Shown: piece by piece, positions 12,001-24,000 of the stretch
Position numbering within the stretch: the stretch's first letter is position 1
How the letters are laid out: every line of letters begins with the position of its first letter
Assembly (NCBI RefSeq): GCF_947568905.1
Contig: NC_079169.1
Span: 1,984,001-2,048,000, forward strand
Length of the DNA stretch: 64,000 nt
Direction: 5' to 3'
From: Ostrea edulis
Taxonomy: Eukaryota
Notes under the pieces: model-generated
The model's database searches: none
The model's input: only the letters and a program-made list of their open reading frames with translations
What the model was told of the DNA's origin: nothing
Translations under genes and position numbers: made by a program

Positions 12001-15000
12001 CATTTCTTTATTCTTTCTTTATACAGGAAATCCCTCTCAAAAGTCACTGAAAAGGCCAGCTACAGCAGGATCTCAGTTCAAGGTGAGCATTTACAGGTGT
12101 ATTATCAGGTGTATCAAGGTGAATGTTACAGGTGTATTATCAGGTGTATCAAGGTGAACATTTACAGGTGTATTATTATCAGGTGTATCAAGGTGAACAT
12201 TTACAGGTGTAGTATCAGGTGTATTATCAGGTGTATCAAGGTGAACATTTACAGGTGTATTATTATCAGGTGTATCAAGGTGAATGTTACAGGTGTATTA
12301 TCAGGTGAATCAAGGTGAACATTTACAGGTGTATTATTATCAGGTGTATCAAGGTGAATGTTACAGGTGTATTATCAGGTGAATCAAGGTGAACATTTAC
12401 AGGTGTATTATTATCAGGTGTATCAAGGTGAACATTTACAGGTGTAGTATCAGGTGTATTATCAGGTGTATCAAGGTGAACATTTACAGGTGTATTATTA
12501 TCAGGTGTATCAAGGTGAACATTTACAGGTGTAGTATCAGGTGTATCAAGGTGAACATTTACCGGTGTATTATCAGGTGTATCAAGGTGAATGTTTACAG
12601 GTGTATTATTATCAGGTGTATCAAGGTGAATGTTTACAGGTGTATTATCAGGTGTATCAAGGTGAACATTTACAGGTGTATTATTATCAGGTGTATCAAG
12701 GTGAATGTTTACAGGTGTATTATCAGGTGTATCAAGGTGAACATTTACAGGTGTATTATTATCAGGTGTATCAAGGTGAATGTTTACAGGTGTATTATCA
12801 GGTGTATAAAGGTGAACATTTACCGGTGTATTATCAGGTTATCAAGGTGAATGTTTACAGGTGTATTATTATCAGGTGTATAAAGGTGAACATTTACCGG
12901 TGTATTATCAGGTTATCAAGGTGAACATTTACAGGTGTATTATTATCAGGTGTATCAAGGTGAACATTTACAGGTGTATTATCAGGTGTATCAAGGTGAA
13001 TGTTTACAGGTGTATTATCAGGTGTATCAAGGTGAATGTTTACAAGTGTATCTGAATCGAAAAAGAGTGGACTGAGAAGTATGGATTTGCCTAGCTTGTG
13101 TTGAGTATATTTACAGATATCTGTGGCAGAGCTCATGAAGAATCTGTTGTGTTGTGTATATTTACAGATATCTGTGACAGAGCTCATGAGTGTTTTGTGT
13201 TTTGTATATTTACAGATATCTGTGACAGAGCTCATGAAGAATTTGTTGTCCAAGAACCCTAATTACATTAGATGCATCAAAGTATGTTTTCTCATTTCGC
13301 ACAAAATTTTCACTGTCGATTCATGATATCTTAACGATATTTAAGGAACAAAAAAAATGTGATTACGTCTTGTTTAACTAAGAAATGTAGAGATTACGTA
13401 TGCTGTGTATACTGAGTATATTGCGTACTAAGGCACTCTAACTATTGCAGCCAAATGGTTCAAAATCAGCAAACGACTTTGATGAGAACCTGGTCAGGCA
13501 TCAAGTGAGATATTTGGGGTGAGATACCAAGCTTAAGTTCAATTTACTATGTATATTCAGTGTTCAAAATTGGTTTAAATTTGGTATAGACCATATATCT
13601 ATGCCAAAGCAAGATGACGTAGACCTCATCGAATTGGCATATAGACCGCAACATTGAAAAAAAATAACAGATTTATAATGTTTTCATCTTCTTCTAATAT
13701 GTACTTAGAAAGCATATTTTCTTTAAATTTCCATAACAATATCTGCCTTTCCTCATGTAAATGTTTATCAGACGTCGACTGACCATGCTGGGTCCTTTGG
13801 GATAACTTTATTGCTTTAAATCTAGAAATCGGCATAGACAATTTGGTCTATCTCAATTACAATTGGCGTAGACAAGTGTCATTTGACATAGACTCAGTCT
13901 ATGGTTAATTTCAAACACTGTGTATACGACAGAGCTGCATTTGATTCCTTGATAACATGTCATGAAAACAGGGAAGGGGAAAGGAGGGGGGACAATATTC
14001 AAAACACATTTTATTGGTTTTATGGTTTTAATTTTCTGTCACATATTCTACTTGAAAGATTTACCTTAATTTTTTCAATTCCTCTACAGTCTCATGGAGA
14101 ATGTTCGAGTGAAGCGAGCTGGATATGCTTTTAGACAGATTTATCTACAGTTCCTGTATCGATACAAAATGTTGGCAGGACCGACCTGGCCACGATGGGC
14201 TGGGAAACCCAAGGAGGGAGTCAAAATTCTCTTAGAAGCCCAGAAAGTTCCAGAGGATGAATATGCATTTGGCAAAACCAAGTTATTTATAAGGAATCCT
14301 AAAACAGTAAGACGTAGTAAACATTTTTAAAGAACCAGTGAGTAGATATTCGCAAAATTATACTAATGAAATACACTGTGAGAAATTTAAAAAAGACGAC
14401 TCGCAAACCCAACTTTTATTTCAATTAACTATTATTTTGCTGCCTTGAAACTTCTCGTACGATTTCTGCTCATGATAAAGATGTGCCCTACTTATTTTGA
14501 AGTCAACAGGTAAAGGGTCAAGATTACACGTTTCCCGACATATGAGAGGTTTTATGCCCGTCATGAAATAGTGTTACCATTTTACATCCTTCCGTAATTC
14601 CATCATAATTAAGCTTCCGATCATAATCAACGGATACACATGTTCAACATAAATTTAGTACATACATGTAGATACATCATCATTACAATATCTAGGTCAA
14701 GCTTCTGCTGGGTTCTGGTTGAATAATTTTTGACAGAGTTGTGCCCCTTGGACTTTGAGAATTTCAAACACTTCAGAGTTTCCACTCATTATCTCGGTTA
14801 TACATTGACATTTTCTATTAAAAATCAGCAAATAGATACATCACGTGAATACACACTTCAAGTCTGTATTTGGTTACGGTCGAATTATTTTTGGAAAAGT
14901 TGAGCTACTTGAATTTCTTTAAAATTTCAAACAATTCAGTTTCCACTTGTTCTATGAGTCATACATGGACGTTTTGAACAAAATTTGAGATTTAGATATA

Positions 15001-18000
15001 TCATGAAAAGATGCAGGTCAGGTATTTATGGCGTGTGGTTGAATAACTCTTGGCAGAGTTATGGGTGGGACATTTGTGTCACTCGGAACCCATTGAACCT
15101 GACATGGGAATATGGTTTCCAGATTTTTGATTCCTTTTACATTCAGACATAGACTCCCTAGAATACATGTCCTATTTAGCTAATAACACAGTAGCCAAAC
15201 ATAGGAAAATAATTGACATTGAGAGCTTTCAAACTTCACACACAGACAAGATGAACCCTATTGATTTTTTTTTTATTTTTATGTTAAAAAGTCATGTTCA
15301 TAGGGCTTAGAGATAGTAAAAGGCTTACTGCAACCTAACAATGTGACTTTCAAATGGTTTGAGTGTGCCCTGCAGTATATTAGTCCCATCAGGATTAGGA
15401 TAGCTGTGTTTACATTGCATTATGTTTTTATTAAAGCTGTTTGACATGGAGGAGAAAAGAAGGCAGCACATGCATGTTCTGGCCACCAGCATTCAGAGTG
15501 TGTACAAAGGCTGGAAACAGAAGACTCTTTATGTGCTGATGAGGAAAAGCCAAATCATCATCAGTGCTCGCTTCAGAGGATACTGGGTAATGTCTCAGAG
15601 AATGCTGGGTAATGTCACAGAGAATGCTGGGTAATGTCACAGAGAATGCTGGGTAACGTTTAGAAGAATGCTGGGTTTCTAGAACATATAGTGTGATGTA
15701 CATTACACAATATTCTGGAAAGTATCCCATCTAGTACACACTCATTTTCAAGATATCTCAACAGAAGCCATACATACATAATGATGTTTTTTCTCTATGA
15801 AACTACATGTATTTTTAGGCATAAGTTAACATTTCTTGTTTTGCCATATATATTTCATGGGAAAATATTTGAATATCTAATGCTCCATACACAATCGAGA
15901 TGGCTACACTTCACATGATAATAAAGATTAATCATTTTAGGGGCAGAAGGTATATAAGAAAACCAAACAAGCTACACTTGTGCTGCAGTGCTTTGCTAGA
16001 GGATGGAAGGTAAGTAGTAATGACTTGGACGACTCAGGTGACCTATCGCAATCTGACTCCGGTGACCAGTTGCAATCTATTTTAGTGTGTTGTCCAGTGC
16101 GTTAACATTGGAACATTTTTTATTTTTTCTCAACTATTACTGGCCATTATTGGGATAAGGGGAACAAGAATTGTGAAATTAATAGCCCCTGGAGGGGCAA
16201 ACCAGAACCATAAAAACCTTTTAAAATTTTTTACTTAGTAACATTTGACAGATATAATAAGAAAGGAGACTTGACAACTTTGTGAAATTCATAGCCATTT
16301 GTTGTGGTGTTAGTGCAGTCTCAGGGTTTGACATTTACTTTTTTTAGCACTAAACCAGTCGGGCTACTTCAAATGATTTTTACTAGACCTGACTGTATAT
16401 CCACTAGCCCTGACCAACTTTCCAGAACGAAAATTATAGTTTCTTCAAATTTAAATACTTCATCTAAATGACAAACTTTAAGTTTGAACCAAAACGTATT
16501 TAATTCTCTCAAAAATATCTTAAATCTCGTCATTCAAGTTGATTTTCAAACACGTTTTCAGTTTCTTTAAATTCTACCCGGCACGGGTATTCTTTAGTCT
16601 ATTTAGTACAAAATGACCTCTACCGGCTTTTTATTTAATTTATATTTCATAAGACCTGCTTTGTTTCTTCCTAACCTTTTCTTTTTTCTCCTGAGATGTC
16701 TTTCCTTGAAAACGAGAAGTCATATTTAAATATAGAGACATTCCCGCACATATGTCAATACCGATAACTAGCTGTTTACGACGTAATTTAGTAACTTGAT
16801 AAACACTTTATTATAGTCAATTCAAATAAACTGTTTAAAATTAACATCGAGTAGATGTCGTAAAACATCACTTCCGACCGCGACTTATTTATTAGAACTA
16901 AAAATAGAGATTATTCCATCACACGGTTCAAGATTGCTTGCAAACTCTCTACACTAACAGTTATTTTCTTTTAGTTAAGAATAAAATATTTTACGGTTTA
17001 AAGTAAAGTTTCTTGTTTAGTTTTTAACACGACCAATCGGACTAGTAAATCAACATTTTACCCGACCGGACCTATCATTTAGTAGACTCGGTCGGTCGGA
17101 CGTGCCTTAGTGTCAAAGCCTGAGGCTGTATGCCTTATATAGTGAAAGGCATTATTTGTAAAATTCATGGCCTCTGGATCAGGTTTTCTGGATGGATAAG
17201 GGGAGGGGGTATATTATTTCTTTGAAAATCTTAATTCCTGGACACAAAACAAGCAAATTTGAAGGAGAAATTTGTCTTCATGAAATTTGTGAAATTCATA
17301 TGGGCGTTGGGTTAGGGATTATACTTGCTAAGGATGGGACTCTTAAGCTCATATAGCAAAAATACATTATTTCTTTTGAATTTATGTTATTGGTTCTTGG
17401 ACATTAAACTTTGCACATAATAATAATGAGAATGGACGTACATGTATCAATTTTTCGTGTCTCATGTGTCAAAGATTTTTATGCTAGGGAGGGGCTTTAT
17501 CAAGCAACTAAAACTGAACATCTAATACAGAGACGGACTGCATAATTATAGTTGATGAAAGAAATTTATGATCCCAAGGAGTTTGATGGAGGGGTAGGGA
17601 TAAAGTGGGGGGAAATCATTGGAATTTTTAAAAATTGTCACCCTTACTTTTAAACATATAACATAAAAACGAAGTTCCAAGCAATAGTCACTGGAAAAAG
17701 GTTTAGATTCTGTGTAGGAATCACCATGTCTTTCTGTCTGTCTAAATATCTACTGTCTTTCACCGTGTCAGTGGTCTAGAGGTTAGAGCGTTCACCCCCG
17801 CATGCGGAAGGCTGGAGCTCGAATCCTGGCCTCGACAAACCTAAGTTGTTAAAACAGATAGTGACAGTTCCATCGCCAAATGCTTGGCATCAGGTGTGAA
17901 TGTCACGGGTCCTCGGAGATGACCTTAAAAACAGATATCCCTTGACACAGTAGGTGTGGCACGCTAAAGAACCCTCATTGCTCAATGACCATAAGCGCCA

Positions 18001-18035
18001 AGCAAAGGCCTAAATTTAAAGCCCTTCACCAGTGG

Positions 18036-18069
<34 letters not shown>

Positions 18070-21000
18070 GAGAGAGAGAGAGAGATGTTAAACAAGATAC
18101 AATCAATCAATCTACTGTCTTTCTCCCTCCCACTGTGCATCTTAACATATTAATAAAGAGACATTGGATGCTCGTACTTTGCACAGAGGTGACTTACGAC
18201 CAGATGATGTGAATTGATTGATAACAAATGATGGAAGTGACTGATAACAAAGTCAGAAGTGTATTCTTACAACTCTTCCTAAATGCATCAAAGTTTTTGT
18301 GTGTGGTACTCGAGGAAATGTTTTTTTGTTATGGAAGGAAGGCAGTACAACTACAAGTGGCTAGTACATAATGCGTGTAAATAGTGTAACATCAAGAATA
18401 TAAAGAATTTGTTTAGAAACAGATTAACAGAAAATTTATGTATTTTATAATTTTTTCAGGCAAGAGCTTTGCTTAAAAAACTAAAACGAGAGAAACTGGA
18501 GATAGAATCTGCCAATGTGATTCGAAAATTCTACCTGGGTTGGAAAGTCAGGAATGAATACCAGCCCAAATTTAGGAGGATTGCGGGCCCAAAGATTTCA
18601 AGATTCTTTGTTATAGCCTTGGTATGTGTGTGAGTTATGTATATATGTTTATTTTTAAAAAACAAAACCCAGGCAGATAAAGTGTCTGATGATTTGATAT
18701 ACATTTTTATGCCCCCTTCAAAGAAGAGGGGCATATTGCTTTGTACCTGTCGGTTGGTAGACTACATGTTGTCCGCTCAATATCTTTAGAACCATTCACT
18801 TGATTGTAACGATATTTCATATGTGGGTTGGTTATGAGTAGAAGAGGACCCCTATTGATTTTCAGGTCAAAAGGTCAAGGGTCAATATACTCTGGACATA
18901 GGAAGACACTGTCTGCTCAATATCTTGAGAACCCTTTGCTTGACAGACATCAAACTTGGTACATCTTCAGGAGAAGATGACCCCTATTGATATTGAGGTC
19001 ACATGGTCAAGGGTCAAACTGGACATAGGAATATACTGTCCGCTCAATATTTTGAGAACCCTTTGCTTGACAGACATCAAACTTGCTACACTGGTACATT
19101 TTCAGGAGAAGATGACCCCTATTGATTTTGGGGTCACATGGTCAAAGGTCAAGGATTAAACTGGACATAGTAATATATTGTTTCCTATATTTTAAGAATT
19201 ATTTGCTTGATTGACACCAAACTTGGTACACTGGTACAGCATAAGGAGTAGATGACCCTTACTGAATTTTAGGTCACATAGTCAATCCACTCCTGACATA
19301 GGAAGATATTGTCTGCCCAATATTTTGAATTGGTGAAACGACTATCAATTAAATTATGCATGCGTGTAATCCTTTCCAATTATGCATCAATGGGGGCATA
19401 TGTGTTTTACAAACATCTTTTTTATAAATGTTTTTGTTTACTAAATTATGATTATTTTGAATCCATCTTTAGCGGAAAAAATACCTTTTGGATTTGAAGA
19501 CCAAGCTGCCTAGTTTATCTCCAATCAACGATGAGTGGCCGGATTGTCCAAAAAGATTCCAGTCTGCTTCTGACCAACTGAAAGTGATGTACCATGCTTG
19601 GAGAGTAAGACCCATAGGAGGCTAGCTACTTCATGTTTGAAATTCAGATGGGCATGACACAAAAAAATCAAAATATTTAAAGATCTTTCATAGATCCTCC
19701 ATTTTTTTTTTTTCTAGTGCCGGAAATACAGGAGAAAATTCAGTGAAGCAGAGAAATATAAAATGAAAGAAAAACTGATGGCCAGTGAACTCTTCAAGGA
19801 CAAAAAGGAGGGTTACGCTCGAACGTAAGAAAGTTCATAGTACAGTTAGAAAGGGTTACATCAGAACGTAAGAAAGTTCATAGTACAGGGGTGTGATTTT
19901 TCCTCTTTTCAGAGGAAATCCTCTGATTTGCTCAATTTTCAAAAAAATGGAACACTCTGGATTTGATCTAAAGTGGCAGAAAATGATATTTTTCCAGGTA
20001 GGGTAAGGTATTTTCCTCCCTTTTTGACCAGTTTTCCTCTGATTTCTGAGGAATTCAGTCACATCCCTGATAGTACAGTCAGAAAGAATTACATCAGAAT
20101 GTAAGAAAGTTCATAGTACAGTTAGAAAGGGTTACATCAGAATGTAAGAACGTTCATAGTACAGTTAGAAAGGGTTACATCAGAATGTAAGAAAGTTCAT
20201 AGTACAGTTAGAAAGGGTTACATCAGAATGTAAGAAAGTTCATAGTACAGTTAGAACGGGTTACATCAGAATGCAAGGAAGTTCATAGTACATTTAGACA
20301 GGGCTATGCTAGAACATAAGAAAGTTTACAGAGCTTAGACAGGGCTCGAAATTAGCGAGAAATACTCGCAAAATGCGAGTACAATTGAAAAATAGTGAGT
20401 AAAAATAGTGGACTCTCCAAAATCTTAGCGAGTGGTGATTTACAAACCATGATCGTATCATATCCGTTTTATACGAGGATGAGCTATTTGCTTTTATTAA
20501 ACTTGCCCTCAGAATCATACAAACGCTTACAGGAACGATGGATTTCAACAATCTTTTATGATTTTTTATGAAACTCGGAGTCAAACAAATGCTTTAGAGG
20601 TCGGACATCGCATTGTGATAAAAAGATAGACATGTACCACGAGTCCTGTTCACTTATAGGTGTGATTAAATTGAATTCCAAGTATGAATTTCTTGTTATT
20701 CATTTATCAAAAAAATCGGAGTTTATGTTTTATCAAGTCTTCAGTTGTTCATTTTTATCAGAATATCCTATCTACAATAATTTATTGTCATATTGAGGTC
20801 GGGTTGTAGTGATGACACGAGTGCACTGCTCACCGCATAGACGATTATCAAAAAAGTTCATGGGACTCGTGATCGTGCTGCTTATAAACCGTGAGTCCGG
20901 GATTCGCTTTGAAAAATCGCTAGTGACAACCCTGATGTGGCATGAAATTGGAAGACTTTGGATCTAGACAGGTCTGCGGTAAACAGTTTGTGGATTATAG

Positions 21001-24000
21001 GTGCGATGGTCAAGAGACCTAAATATTGCACCATATGACTTATGTAACTTAGTGTCTTGTCCAAACGATGCCTGTTGACCCTCCAGGCTCAGTAATGATG
21101 GGGAAAATCATTGATTTAAAAAAGCATATAAAAAAAGAACACTGCTTCATTATTTTTATTTTAGCTTGTAATTTTTCATTTTAGCCTGTAGATTTTTTAC
21201 CCACAGGCTAAAATTAGCCTGTGGTAGAAAACGTTAATTTCGACCCCTGCTTAGAAATAGGAGAGTTATGCCAGAATGTAAGAGAGTCGATGGTTCAGTT
21301 AAAAGGAAGGTTAAGCCAGGAGTTAAAAATGTTTATTTCATTCCCTGAAATTCAGTCGTATAGTTTTGAATTTCTCATTAAGGATATGAAATAATTAAAA
21401 GATGCAAATACAGCTTTCCAAAAAAGATTTCTTTGACTTTATCCTGATGCCATTGTTTACATTACAAGGGCCTCGTATGTTTATAGAAAGACGGACATTG
21501 AGCTAAAATCCATTGAGAGGGGACTTACTGAAGCTTTGATATGAATGCATTGAGAGGGGACTTTCTGAAGCTTTGATATGAATGCATTGAGAGGGGACTT
21601 TCTGAAGCTTTGATATGAATGCATTGAGAGGGGACTTTCTGAAGCTTTGATATGAATGCATTGAGAGGGGACTTTCTGAAGCTTTGATATGAATGCATTG
21701 AGAGGGGACTTTCTGAAGCTTTGATATGAATGCATATGCTGTAAACTGTTTTGCAAACCTTCATGACTTGTACATGGATGTGTTGAAATAAGATTCGATT
21801 CATTTTTTTTCAGTGTGCCTCAACCTTTCAGGGGAGATTATCAGAACCTCCTAGCAAATGCTAAGTGGAAGAAATTACTAAGCCAGAAGCCTGAAGACAA
21901 CCACATTGTATTTGCAGACGTGGTGCAGAAAGTGCATCGAGCTAATGGAAAGGTAATCAAACATGCATTGCTATCTATTGTGATGTTACTGTGGAATGAA
22001 TTACTGTAAACCAACTTTTATTCACGGCTACTTTATTTCACAATACACCTGTGGTAAACTGGTTCGCGGTGAGAAATTTTCACGATCGAGCCTTTTTCAT
22101 TACAGATGACAGACATTCAGGGACTGTTTCGCGACGAGAAATATTCGCGATGACGATGTTCTCGCTAATCTCACAAAATGTTCTTGCACATGAATAAAAG
22201 TTAGTTTACAGTACAGGATTTGACCAACACTGCCTTTGTTGTCACTTAGTCTGATTCTGTGTTATGTATGTTAAACTCTACCCACCGTGAGAAAACCTTC
22301 ATGTATTTGTATTTGTGATTTCAGTCAGTAGAACAACTATTGGTGATGAGTTCACAGAACCTCATTGTGATAGAACATCACACTATGATGGTGAAGTACC
22401 GGATTCCTGTCTCCCATATCTCAGCAATGTCTGTCAGTCCACACACAGACAAAATCATTGTGTTTCACATACAGAAGGTAGGGATCTGTCAGTCTACACA
22501 CAGACAAAATCATTGTGTTTCACATACAGAAGGTAGGGATCTGTCAGTCTACACACACACACACACACAGACAAAACCATTGTGTTTCACACACAGAAGG
22601 TAGGGATCTGTCAGTCCACACACACACAGACACAGACAAAATCATTGTGTTTCACACACAGAAGGTAGGATCTGTCAGTCTACACACACACACACACACA
22701 CACAGACAAAATCATTGTGTTTCACACACAGAAGATAGGGATGGGTAAAGTTCATAAGGAATTCTCTGAAACTTGTGTTTTAATTCTTGACACTCAGCCT
22801 TAGGTACCATTTTATTTGAGATTTTTTGAGATGTCATTCTAACATGTGTAACAACAGTTGGTTTTCAAAGTTCATAGTGTAGAATGCAATACAGATTAAC
22901 TGTATACATGTAAATGTCCATAGTGTAGAATGTTCATAGTGTAGAGTGTTCATAGTGTAGAGTGTTCATAGTGTAGAATGTCCAATGTGTAGAATGTCCA
23001 TAGTGTAGAATGTCCATAGTGTAGAATGTCCAAAGTGTAGAATGTTCATAGTGTAGAGTGCAATACAGATTAACTGTATACATGTAAGTGTTCATGAACA
23101 GATTTTATTTCATAAAGTCTGCTGATTAATCAATAAGTAGTCTCTTTATAGAGCTGTTTACATTGGGTAGTGTATTTTCATACTCTTTCTATGTTATTCA
23201 ATGTATAATGATCATATTTCATATCTGATAAATAAATGATGTGATTTTTTTTTTTTTTGTTATCATGGTATAATTTTAAAGGGTTCATCAAATAAAAATC
23301 CACCACAGGAATTTATAACTTTTGATTGACTTACTTGACTTAGTTCCTTCTCTCCTCCTGGAGAATAGGGCCTCTAACACACAATGTCCAGTTTTTCCTG
23401 TCTTGTGCAGCTCTTGCTGTTTCAGTAAAGTAAAACTTTTGACTACTGCTTGATTTATTTCCCCTTTGATTTTTCATTAAAGTCTATGGGAAGAGCATGT
23501 TTTATTAAAATATTCTTAAAAGAAATTGTATTTTTATACGAATCTCTTGGTAAAAAGTTGCATGCACTTTCTTTTTATAAAAACATGAAACAAAATTAAC
23601 CATTTACCACAAACATTGTTAGAAATTTTGATTTTTCTTATTTTCATCAAGGATGAATGACTCTTTTGAAAAGGTTCAAGTGCAAATTGATTGCCTTCTA
23701 ATCATTTACCAGTCATGTGAATTTGATGAATTTCACTTTCATCATCATTTAGCTATAAACACTTTATCTTGATTTAAATCATTCAAAATTATTCACTCTC
23801 CTTTAGTTATACATTGAATACCTTAAAGTATACCATTCTGTTCATTCAGAATATAATTCTTTTAACAGCATGAAAATGGAGATGGCTTATCAAAGAAGGG
23901 AGACTTTGTCTGTGTGTGTGAGCACACTATTGAACTTGTATCCAAAACCAGCCTTCTCATCAAGAACCTTACAGACCGATTACCGGAGGTGCACATAGCA

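Noticed and set aside
12389-13253. Long repetitive ORFs (RCIIRCIK / YYQVYQGE) as genes
   Set aside because: They are translations of the intronic donor minisatellite.
16316-17128. A fourth 6-bp-TSD CAGGG element
   Set aside because: Inverted ends are visible but no matching 6- or 8-bp flanking duplication; class unresolved.
21510-21736. 37-bp array as another junction-anchored repeat
   Set aside because: It ends ~75 bp before the 21814 acceptor and contains no splice site, so it was not counted.
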